Shown here: positions 13,001 through 25,000 of the stretch, one piece after another | How the letters are laid out: every line of letters begins with the position of its first letter | Position numbering within the stretch: position 1 is the first letter of the stretch | Source: Vicugna vicugna | Lineage: Eukaryota | Reading direction: 5' to 3' | DNA: 64,000 bases | Assembly (NCBI GenBank): GCA_013265495.1 | Contig: MU057719.1 | Coordinates: forward strand, 620,001-684,000 | Position numbers and translations under genes: made by a program | Notes under the pieces: model-generated | Database searches by the model: none | What the model saw: only the letters and a program-made list of their open reading frames with translations | Told to the model about the DNA's origin: nothing

Positions 13001-16000
13001 TGGCTCCAGGCCCCAACTGCTTCCAGAGATGATGGATTTTAAGCAACTTTTCAATGAAAATTCTCACTTGAATAGCAGAGTCACTTAAGTGGAAACCAGG
13101 GCTCAGGCCCTCGTGCACCGTGGCTCCTGGTCGGAGCGTCACACTCTGCCAGCTGGGGCCGACTGCTTTCCAGGCTGCAGACACAGGACCCGGCCCTCTG
13201 CCCCAAACCCTCAAGGCCCCGGGGAGGTCTTGGCAGAGCCGGGGTCTCCCGATGCCTGGCCCAGCCGTGGTCACTGCTGGCCCCCTGGGCCCTGTGGGGA
13301 GACCCCAGGGATTCCCACGGACCAGGAGGCTCTGGAGCACCGTCCCCCCTGGAAAGTGAAGCCAGTGACGGCGCAGGCCCGACTGCCCACCCTGCGTGCC
13401 TCGCCGGGTGCCCCCAGGTGAAGCTGCGTCCACGGGGGACAGAGAAACGGCCCTGAGGCCATCCGGGCCTGTTCCCAGAGACTGTCCCGAGCTTCCCAGA
13501 GCCGGGCTGGGGGCGGCCTCAGACGTGTGCTGACGCGCAGCGTAACCTGGCATCTGACAGGTTCCTGTGCCTGGCCCGGCCGCCTGGCGAGGCTGCGGCG
13601 GCGGCCAGACCTTCACCCCTTACTGGCTGAGGACTCTTAGCAAGTTCACTGAGGCCTCAGTTTCCTCGCCTGAGAGTGGGGCTCATCATCCCACGTCTGT
13701 AAGTGGGGTGAAGTCATGACGTCGTGGGTGAAGCATCCGGTCGGGGTGGCTCCCAGCGCTGGAGGCGTCCCCTGCCTGGTTCTTCTGCAGGGGCCTCTTC
13801 TGTAGCCGGTGACCGGGTTTTCGAAGATGAAGTTTCAGGCTAGGGACCTGAGGCCCTGAGAGTGCTGGGGCCCTGGGGCTGGGGGCTCCCGTCTGTGGGC
13901 CCTGGGGAACGGTCGTATGCCCAGTTGGGGTCAGAGAAGAGGGGGTTAGGAAGAGGCAGCACAAGATGAGACCCAGGCTGGCCGGTGGGAGACCAGGATG
14001 CAGTGGACGCAGCGGGGCCTGCAGGGGGAGGCGGGGCTGGATCACAGAGAGCGCCTGCTCCCACGGCGGCTTCCCCACGGCTCCTCTGGGCGCCTGAGGC
14101 CGACGTACCCGTCTCCCAGGAGCCGAGGGACACTTGGGGCTGACGTCACCTTGCCCGGAGAGGCGGGTGCCTAGGATCCAGGCACAGGGCAGCAGTGCCG
14201 GGTGCAAGCAAGAGGGGCCCACAGGGTCCCCGCACCTTGAGACGTCAGCTCAGGGGCCACCAGGACGGGCCTTCATGCCCCGTGTGTGGGCTGGAGCTTC
14301 AGCCTGCTGAGGTCCCCCCGCCTGGGAAAGGGGGCTTCTCTCCAGCTTGGCCTTTTCCAGGGTCAGGATGCGGGGCTGAGGATGGCATCCCCACACCAGG
14401 TCCTGACCTGAAACAGAACCACAGAAGGGTCCCTCTTCGGGTTTGGGGAGGACAGGGGTGCCCTCCATCCCAGCATTTGACAACCCTCCTCCAAGGCCTG
14501 CGGTATTTCGGGAAGGGAGGGAGGCAGGCAGCCACACGGAAAGAACAAAACCATCAAACGTGTGAACGCGTGGGGAGCTGTCACGGGGAGTGACCCGTCT
14601 GCTGTGCTTAGAGCCTGCGGTGAAAGCGGGCTCACACCGAGTGTGTGTGTGTCCGTGTGTGCGCCCCTGCCGTCCAGGCTCCTGATCTATGGGGAGTACT
14701 GCAGCCACATGGAGCACGCCCAGAACACGCTGAACCAGCTCCTCGCCAGCAGGGAGGACTTCAGACAAAAAGTCGAGGTAAAGGGGCTTCCCGGCCTGGC
14801 CCTGGCCCTGGCCCTTCCCAGTGCCCTGGCCTCTTGGGGGTCTCGTGGGAAGGTAGGGACGGGGCGGTGATGTGACTTTTTGTGTAGATGTTTTTGGAGA
14901 TGATTTTTTTCCTTTCTGTTTTGTTGGGGTTGGGAGTGGGCAAGGGAAGGTCACCGTCCCAGACCAGGGCCCAGCCTGAGTCCCGGGGTGCGGGGGTGGC
15001 AGGGCCCGGGACCAGGTCCAGCTGAGTGAGGGGCTGCGACTGACCCCTGACACCAAGGGGGCCCTAGGTAACGACGTTGCTGGGAGCCTCAGAGCCTCCC
15101 ACCCCTGCTGTGTCCTCACCCCAGGCTCAGGGCTGGACTCTGGTCCTTGCTGAGTTTCCCACGTGAGCCCCTCTCCAGGCCCCTCACTGGGGCAGCCGGG
15201 CTGCCCCTGGATGCTGGACTTCCCATGTGGTGTTTGGCCAGACTGTTTCCAGAGTGAACCCTGGTGCAACGTCCCTTTGCTCCAGGAATGCTAGGCATGA
15301 CGCCCCCCCTTGGAGACGCCTGATGCCCCTGTGTCCAGGCAACCAGTGGGGAGCCCCTGAGGGCAGTCCACCTCAGTGAGCTGGCTTCCCGAGTGTCTCT
15401 GGTAGACCGCAGGCCAGGGGTCAGTCAGAATCCCAGAGACCCCACGTGGCCGCTGCAAACCCCTGAGGCCGTGAGAGGCAGCCGGCCCCCATCCACCTGT
15501 CTGCACACACCTGGCTGGGGGCGTGTCTCTGGGAGCCAGCCCGGGCAAGGCCCAGACGCCGGGGCCAAGTCCTGGGCTTGGGTCGGCCCTGCCTCCCCAG
15601 GCTGGGGTCGGCAGTACTGTGGCCCAGCGTTGCCAGGCAGGGAGCTCCGAACTCACTTGCTGCTCCCCGGCCCTCAGGAATGCACGCTGAAGGTCCAGGA
15701 CGGCAAGTTTAAGCTGCAGGACCTGCTGGTGGTGCCCATGCAGAGGGTCCTCAAATACCACCTGCTCCTGAAGGTGAGAGCGGCCAGAGTGTCAGGGCCC
15801 GGCAGCCTCCAGGGCTGTGGGGGCCACACAGGGAAGACAGTCCGGGCCCGGCACGCAAAGACTGAAATGCGTGTCAGGGTCGGGTCAGCGCTCAGGTGTC
15901 TCGTGAACGTCTGTCGTAGTGAATGTACAAGGGAAGTTATGATTCAAGTCAGTAAGAGGGCAGAAGAACTGGAAGGAGACAGAAGTGTCGTCAGGCCGGG

Positions 16001-19000
16001 AATACGAGCCGTAGCTGATCACTGAACCCAGTCCCCGAGCTTCCTGGTGGCCGTGGAAATAGAGTCATTCTGGACAGACAGGCCTGTGGGGCGGACGGTT
16101 GTTTCTGCGAGGAGCCGTGCGAAGCTCGTCAGTGAATCAGCAGGCCCCCTACCATCTCAGCACGCTGCTTTACACTGTCTTAATGTCCCTTCCGTTGTCC
16201 ACGAGAGTTGGGGACACGTCACCTTGCAGCGGTGTGTCCCCTGGGTTAGGGCTGGCTGGCTGCCTGCTGGACTTGGGCAGCCGGACCAGATCCTGGGTGG
16301 GCGGCGGGCTCTCGTCCCGAGGGCCCGGCTCTGCGTGCACACCCGGTGCTGAGTGGGGGAGCGGGCAGAGACCAGGACCCCCGAGTGGTGACACGTGAGT
16401 CCCCTCTCTCCCCTCCAGGAACTTCTGAGCCATTCCACCGACCGGCCAGAGAGGCAGCAGCTCAAAGAAGCTCTGGAGGCCATGCAGGTGGGCGGGTACA
16501 CGGACCGGGGGGCCGGGCCAGCCGGGGGCGGGAGGCGCCAGGCCCGCCATCGTTGGCAGCACTTGGACTCGCTAACAACGTTACCCCGTGACCGTAGGCG
16601 TAGATTTTCCTGGGACAGCAAGGGGCAGGGAGGTGGGTGAGACACACTCAAGGGCGGAGGCTGGGTGGAGGGGGGCTGCCGCAAGGGGTCTCTTCCTGGT
16701 GTCCCCTGGCCCACAGTGACTCCCCCGGGGCCACTCGTCCTCCTGCTTTCCTGACCGTCTGCCAGGGCCGCCACCCGTGCCCGGGCGCTGGACTCAGTTC
16801 TGGGCCACCTGGCGCGGTGCTGCCCATGGCCCCGGCTGCAGCATCTGCTTCTGGAGTGCCCACCACCCCCAGCCACACCGCCTCTCCCCTCCAAACCTCT
16901 GTCCCTAGAAGCTCACTGTGCAGCTCAGCCCCTGGAAGGGGAGCCTAACTCACGTCCCTCCTCTGCGGCTCCCCATTGCCCACTGCGTCAGGCTCCTCAT
17001 CCCGCAAGCAGGCCCCCCCCAGGTGCTGGTGCCGGCTTTGCAGCTGTGTTTACCACCAGTGCCCCACCTCCCAGGCAAGCTGGGCCGCTCTCAGCCCCTG
17101 AATGTGCTCCGTCCTTTCCCACCTGTGTGTTGGCTCAGGCCGATCCTGTCCTTGTCACCTGACTATGTCCTGTGCCACCTCGGTCTTTGCATAGTGACAT
17201 TCCCAGGATTGTCCCCTCTCTGGTTTCTGTCCCCCCGCTGCTCAGTGGTCTGTGTCGAGAGCTTCTTGGAGTGGCCCTGTGCTCCTGGAGAGCTTCACTC
17301 CAGCCGTGTGTGGACCCTGTGGCCTGGACCACCACGAAGGCCACGGTGGTTGGATAGCTCACTAGGCCCATCTTGTAATGTTGTACCTCAAGATCTTGGA
17401 CTCTGCCCTGCCTCTGGGCTCCTCGTAGGGACCACCTGGAGGCATTGGAGGGGAGGCTGGAGCCAGATGTCACCTCCACCCTCTGCCTGGTTCAGGGACT
17501 CCACTCCAGACGCTGGGTGCCTGGCGCACTCAACCCTCTGGATTGCAGCGGGCAGTGCCCCCTGGTGGCCAGCAGGAGGCTGCAGTGTGTGGATGGCGGG
17601 GTAGATGGGGTCCCTGAGTTCTGCCGAGACTCCAGGAGGGGTGCCCACTTCCTGAGGGCTAAGAAGTGGGCTGGTCCAAGTCTACTGCGCTGTCAAGAAA
17701 GGGGCAAGGGACCCCCTAGAAGGGGTGGAGAGCTGCTGTAGGAGACGGAGTTTCTTGGCCCACCGATGGGGCGCAGCTTTGGGGTGTCACCTTTCCTGCC
17801 TCATTTGTCCAGTGAGGTGAGGCTTCTCACCCTTGTGCCATTTCCAGGACCAGCCACCTCTGGGGACGGTGGAAGGTGCTTTGGAAATAACCCGCCCCTG
17901 GACAAGTGTGGTGGGGGTTGCGGGCTGAGCCCCCTCCCGCCCCACCCAGCACAGACCTGCTCACCCCTTGCTCACCCGGGCCCACCCCTGTTGTGTTCCA
18001 GGACTTGGCGATGTACATAAACGAAGTTAAGCGGGACAAGGAGACCCTGAAGAAAATCAGCGAATTTCAGAGCTCTATAGAAAACCTGGTGAGTGCGGCT
18101 GACTCCCCAAAGAGTGAAGGTTAAGACCGTATACACGTACTTCCTTTTTCAGTTTTATCAGGTAGAATTACTACAATTTGACTGCACATTTACATCATAT
18201 TGTATGAAAACCACATATACGTATTTTTTAAAATTTCGCAATATTGAGTAAGCGGAAGGTGACCACCCACTCCATCCATCCCGGATGGGAAGGCAAGCGG
18301 GCCATGCCAAGCGCTGCCCTCCGAGAGCCCGGAGCAGCTTCTGGGGCTGGGTCTGACCTCGGACCGCCGGCTGTGCGCCTCAGCCCGCCCAGCCGCCCGC
18401 CCTGAGCGCAGCTGTGGCCTCGGGCTAAGGGCAGCTCCGCCCTCCCTCCCTGGCCTGGACCAGACTTTCTTGGGTCCAGGAGGAGGATGTGGCTCCCGGG
18501 GAGGCGGGAGGCTCCTTCTGGTCCAGGACCCCTGGCCCACTCACAACTCCTGTCCCAGGAGGGACAACGGAGAGGGTCTGGTCACCCTGCCTGGAGCTGC
18601 CCTTGGCTTCTCCCCCCCGCCTTGGGCTCCAGCAGGCAGGGCTGACACCTCACGGGACCCTGTCCCCAGCCTGGTCCGTCAGAGGCTCAGCCTTGGGGTG
18701 TTGGGTGAGCCACCGTGTCCTACAGGGCCATCCCAGGAGGCAGACATTTCCCTGACTGCCAACCAGTCCCCACTTCTCACGGATCTGCCGAACATCTAAA
18801 CAGGGTTTCTCCGCCTCGGCACCGTTGACTTTTGGGGCCGGATCATCTGCTGCACTTTGTAGGCTGTTGAGCAAAACCTGGGGTCTCTGCCCACTAGTGC
18901 TGGTAGCACCCCCAACCCTTCGGGGTCCAAGTGATGACCAGATACACCTCCAGGCATCGCCGGATGTCCCCCGGGTGCAGAAGTACCCCTGGACCGGAAC

Positions 19001-22000
19001 CATTGGTTTACACACATTTTCACTCTCTGGTCCCTGAAATTACAGGGTCCAAGCAGATCCCTGTCAAGGGCAAGTCAGCACAGCAGCCTCTGCGAAGGGG
19101 CCCTGATGCCTGGGCCGCCCACTGGCCCGGTCCCCCTAACCAGGGTCAGAAGCGCCCAGACAGGACATTTGTGACGTGTCCCCCAGCAAAGATAAGAGTT
19201 GCCAAATGGCATGAAGTCCCAACCCCACTCTTGTTTCCTTTCAGAGTGCAGAGGGGGCTGAGGATGGCTGCGCCCCGGGCTGCTGCTGCTGCTGCCTGGT
19301 GGGGTCTGGGGCTGTGGGTTCTCCTCTCACTGGGCGTCAGATGTTTTCTAAATGCTAGGCACTACTTTTGTAACACGAAGACCTTTTTGTTTTTAGTTCT
19401 TATATATGAGTAACATTTGCTCGTTAAATAACAAAAAGAAATCAGCAGGTGAGCAGGTGTGGCGCAGCCCTGTGGCCAGGTGCCCTGCCCTGCCCAGCCC
19501 CGCCGGGTTCTCCCGACCCGGTCCAGCCCTGCAGCGTTCCCCCAACCCGGTCCTGGCTCTGTCCCAGCCGCTGGAGGTGGCACTTTTCCTCGGCACTTTA
19601 GAGATGTGACGTGGAGGCCCAGTCGAGTCCCTGAGCAGGGCACTGGCCCCTTCCTCTGTGACACTGAAGCTGTGCCCCTAGTCATGCTCTGGCAGCTTCT
19701 GAAAAATGCAGAAAACTCTGAAAGAAGATGCTGAGAAACCCATCACAGCGCCAGTGGGCCGGCCTGTCAGCATCCTGGGGCGTCCCCCCTCCCTGTTATG
19801 TCTGCATAGACCGTGCAGGGGACGTGCTCAGGGACATCTCTCTGAATCAAAGCAAAACGGAGACAGAAACCAGGCGGAAAACGAAAATGAGGTCTCTGCA
19901 AACTGGAGAGGGGGTTTTGCCTTGTGGCCGTGAACCACTGGCAGGACCCCCACGCCCCGCCCGCTCCATCTGATAGGCGCTGTTTGTTCTCTTTCTAATT
20001 TGGCTTCTCGGGGTTGGGCGTCTGGCTTTTCCTGCCAGGTTCCCGCTCTGGGCTCCACACAACAGTGGCCTGTTTAACATGACCCACACCATCAATCGCT
20101 CTCTGTTGCCGCAGAGCCGGAGGGAGTCCTCGGCGGGGCTGGGGGGCAGGTGCCGAGCCTCTGGGGCCGGTTCCTCCCCATCCTCTGCTGCCCCTGCTCG
20201 TCCTCAGTGCCAGCCAGGCCCCCGGGCTCATCGCACAGCTCCCGCCCTCGGTTTCTGCGGGAGGTGGCCCCCGGTGTGGGTCTGCTTGCCCTGTCTCTCT
20301 GTGTAGGGGCTGGGCTGGGGGTCCTGCTCTGGCACTGGGGCTCACAGCCTCCCCTTTCTTTCCAGCAAGTGAAACTGGAGGAATTTGGCAGACCGAAGAT
20401 CGATGGGGAACTGAAGGTCCGGTCCATAGTCAACCACACCAAGCAAGACAGGTGAGCAGAGCAGGTGCTGGGCTGGGCGGCACCCCTGAGGCAGGCACCC
20501 CACTCCCCTGCGGGTGGGGGAGCAGCTTTCCTGTGGACTCGGCTTTGTGTCGCTCCGTTTTAATTGCTTCCTTCATTCTTAGCGAGAGGGACGGTGAGCC
20601 AGGTCAGGCCCTGGGGCTGCTCTGCCCTGGGCCCGCACTGGGCTGGGCTGGGGGGCAGCCAGAGGCCCCGGTCTGCGAGCCCACGGGCCCCCGGGAACCA
20701 GGACAGATGCAGTGGCCGCGTCAGCTCTTTGCCAGATGACTGCGTGGGAGTGCCGGCGGGTGACGGGATGAGCTGGCCCGGCCCCGTGTCTGGTCCTCCA
20801 CGCTCACCTGTTATGTGCGAGACCTGGGGCCACGGCCAGGGTCACAGCAGATCAGAGCCCTGCCCCCGTGGGCTCCCAGTCTAGTGGGGGCTGGGCGTGT
20901 GAGCAGGCAGTGACCGTCAGAGGCCAGCTGGGGCAGCGGGGAGTGGAGCAGCCCATGTGCACCTTGGGCCTTGGGGGCTGGGAGCCCAGGAGGGCTTCCT
21001 GGAGGAGTTGCATTTGGGCAGCCGAGACCTGGCTGAGGGGTCAGCCAGCCGCCGAGTGGGCCAGGCAGAGGGGGAGGGCTGGGCTTGGGCAGGGAGCAGC
21101 CTCCCGCTGCCCGCCCGGCTGCCCGGCTGCCGCGCGGCCCCGGAGCCCAGCGCGCTGGCCGTGGCGCTGGCCGTGCTGACGGGTCCCGGGCCGCGCTGTT
21201 GTCGGGCCAGGTACTTGTTCCTGTTTGACAAGGTGGTCATCGTCTGCAAGAGGAGGGGCTACAGCTATGAGCTGAAGGAGGTCATCGAGCTGTCCTTCCA
21301 CAAGGTGACCGACGACCCCATGAACAACAAGGACGTCAAGAAGGTGTGCCCGGCTTCCTGGCGGGGCCGCGGGGCCGCGGGGCCACCCCCCGAGGGAGGA
21401 ATCCGGGGCTGGCCGGAGGAAGGGTGGCCAGGCGGGGCAGTCGCCTTCTGCCTGCTCTGCCGGGCCCAGCACCTTCCTGGCCCTTGTCTGAGCCTTCCCG
21501 GGGGAGGGGGGTCCGGGTCACAGCTCCGCATTGAGGCGGCCAGGTCGAGGGGCCGGCCCAAGGTCTCTGGTGAGGGCCGGGCCTGAGCGGCCTTGGAGCT
21601 GACTCCAGCCCACGGGGGCCCCTGCAGCAAGCAGACCTTCCCGCTGCTCCCCAGGTTTGAAGGAGGGCTCTGGGTGAGCCTTGCTGCAGCTTGTCAGACT
21701 TCCATGTCCAGCCAGTGGGCTGTGGCCTCTGGGGCCGTGAGTACTGGGGGCGGGGCTGTGGCTGTGAGGGCGGGGCCGTGGCTGCTGTGGGTGAGCCTCC
21801 GTGCTCTCCTGTTCAGCCCTGCTCCTGCAGAGACTTCTGCACATAGTGCTTGAGCACCTACTGTGTGCAGCCCTGGGCTAGGTGTGGGGGCCAGGAACCA
21901 ATGTGCTAAAAATCTCAGACCCTGGACTCCGCGCGTACAGGTAGAATGCAGGTATCACCTGGAAGAGCTACTAGGGGTGCCCCACCTGACCTTCATGTTC

Positions 22001-25000
22001 AGAACAAGCCACGAGGGCCCCTGGGGCATGACCTGAGGCCACTTCCCAGGCGGGGGCCAAATGCACAGCGCGCCTTCCGAGTTCAGCCCCTGGCAGCTGG
22101 CCCTCTTGGAGGAGGGCCCTGGCCCTGCCGCCCCATGCTGGGGCACTTAGCGGTGGGCGGTGCCCTGGACTGCAGGACCCACCGCAGGCTGGGCCAGGCC
22201 CCTGGGTGACCACGTCTCCCCTTTTCCTTTCCTCTCCTCATGCTTCCTAGTCTCATGGGAAAATGGTAAGCGCCTCGCGCCCTTGTCCTCGCCGCCTCCT
22301 CCTCGCCTCCTGAGCCGGGCTGGTGACCCTCTTCCTCCTCCTCCTCCGTCCTTCCCTCAGTGTCTGAATTACGATGCGACACATGTTCGCGATAACAAGA
22401 CTCGCCCACTGCGGAGGGGAGTGGCGTGAGGGCCCGCCCTCCCTCCTGCTGCTCCCGCTCCCAGTCCCGGGGTGAAGGATCTGGGTGGTTTCCTAGCCAG
22501 CAGGGTTGGTCTGTTCTCGCTCTGCATCCTTTGTCTTCTCTTCTTCCCTCCCTCCCTCCCTCTCATCCTTTTTCCCTCCATCACTTCCAACACAAAGTGG
22601 CTCAGACTTTCCGAACTCTTCTTTCTGGGCCCCCTGGGAAGCCCCGGGAGACGGCCAGGCCTGGTGGTGGCTGAGCGGTGGGGCAGCTGGGCCGGCTTCG
22701 CTGCGGTTCCCCTGGGCCATGGTCTTCTCTTCCTGTTTTTTTTTTGTTTTTTTTTCCTCCTGTCATCCTACCTGAGACCAGTGAGGTTTTTGGCAACACA
22801 TTTAGGAAGTGAAAGTGGGTGGGCCGGCGTCCTGGAAGGGCCCCGGTGAGCTCCCGAGCACGGATCACGAGAGGTGGCCCTGGCGGCACCAGCAGAGACC
22901 TCCGCTGAGGACACACTTCGGCGGGGGTGGTCCCGGGACGTGCTGGTAGAGGGGGTGCCTACACGTGCATACATGCACGCACAGGCACGTGTGCACACGC
23001 AGGCACGAGTACACACACATACAGTGCACGTGCACACACGCGTGACTACGTGCACAGACATGTGCGCGCACAGGCCCCAGCACGACTGTGTGTGTCCACG
23101 TGTCCACGTGCCAGAAGCCGTGCCTGTGGCCAGCGTGTCCCATTTCCTCCTGCAGTGGTCCTATGGCTTCTATCTAATTCACCTTCAAGGAAAGCAGGGC
23201 TTCCAGTTTTTCTGCAAGACGGAAGACATGAAGAGGAAGTGGATGGAGCAGTTTGAGATGGCCATGTGAGTCTGAGGGTGGCAGCGCTACGGGGGGTGGG
23301 TGCCCTGCATGGGTTTTGCCCAGGGAGCCTCTCAGACAAGAGGTGGTTCAGATCACCGGAGACCAAGCCTGTCTTCACCGCCCCGTGACGCCAGCCCCAC
23401 CCGGGGGTTTCCTCTTTGATCTGCCACAGCCTGTCCCAGGCAGGCTCAGCCGTCCCCTGCCCCTGGGGCTGAGCCTCACTCAGCTAACTGGCAGAGCAGT
23501 GGGTGGCCAGGAATGGCCGTGGTGCCAGGTGGACCTGTGATGACCTGGACCCTCGGGGCCTTACGGGCTGGTGGACTGTCACTTTCTGGGGAAAGCCTCA
23601 GAGTTGTTTGTCCGTGCCATGTAGGAGGAGCCCCAGTGTGTCCAGCAGAGAAGGGTGACCACCGGGGTCCCCAGACACATCAGAGCTTGAAGCCAGAGCG
23701 GCAGGGTCCTGGGGCCGCTGGGCAGGTGCCTGCACCTCCCTGGCGTTTTCCTCCTGGGGAAATGGAGGTGAAAGGGGGGCAGGTCAGGGGGCTGCTGGAG
23801 GTCACGTCTGGGATCCATCAGAATGGGTGGCGGCCTGGCGGTGGGCCAGGATTGGAGTTTCCTCCCGAAGATTCTATTATGAAATTTGTCAGGTGTTTCC
23901 CAAGCTGAAAGAATGTTACAGTCAGCGCCCACCTTGTGCTGCCCTTTGTCACGCGCCGTCCCCAGCCCTTGCGCCACCTGCTAGCGGACGTGCCTCAGCG
24001 CCTCGCAGACATCGGTGCCCATCCCCTGGCTTGCGGGGTGCCCTGCAGGGGGAACTCCAGCTCATGATTTGTTCGGATGCTAACATTTCAAGCTTGCGGA
24101 CTGAAATTCTAAGTGCAGTTTGCTCTCTTGACAAGCGCTTGCATCCGCCCATACCAAGCCCAGCCAGACGTAGCCTGTTACCGTCCCCCCGGAAGGTTCT
24201 CGAATGGCAGTGCAGGTTCATGTTCCAGCCCCCTTTGGGCCCTCATCCCATCGGGGTGTCAGGGCCCCCCCGGGTCTGCCCGGGAGCCGGGGCAGACCCA
24301 GGCTCTGCGTCCTGCCCCCCCGATCCCCGGCCCCGCCCGTTCTGCTGGCTCGCTGTTTTCTTGGGGCTCAGGGAACCTGGCATCTGCTTCCCCCCGTCAG
24401 GTCGAACATCAAGCCCGACAAAGCCAACGCCAACCAGCACAGCTTCCAGATGTACACGTTCGACAGGACCACCAACTGCAAAGCCTGCAGGATGTTCCTC
24501 AGGTGCGGGCCTCCTGCCCCACCCCCACCCACTCCCACCTCCCGGCCCCCGCGGGAGCCCAGCTCTGCGGCTGTCCTGCGTCCCCGTCGCCGCTGACCGC
24601 CCAGGCCAGTGCCGTGCTGGGCCCCAAGGACCTGGGGAAACATCCCCTTGCTGTGGGACCCAGCCAGCCCCCAGGTGTTTGGGATCTGGCCGGGAGAGGA
24701 GGTGACTGTCCCTGTGGGTGCCCAGGAACCCCTGTGTGGGGCCGCAAAGCCAGACCGGGGACTGTTGGAGGGGAGAGCCAGCACCAGGCTGCGCATTAGG
24801 GCAGGGGTGCTGGGGGACCAAGGCTTCGGGGAGTGGGTGGTCTGTGGGGCAGGACGCAGGGCGGGTCTGGCGGTCTGCCTCACCTGCCCCCTCCCCCCCG
24901 GTGCAGAGGCACCTTCTACCAGGGTTACCTGTGCACCAAGTGTGGCGTCGGGGCACACAAGGAGTGCCTGGAAGTGACCCCCCCCTGCAAGAGCAGTGAG

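Noticed and set aside
23971-23987. Additional CTCF-like matches (23971-23987, ~3870-3890, ~5980-5997)
   Set aside because: Each mismatches a highly conserved core position, so they are far weaker than the three reported sites.
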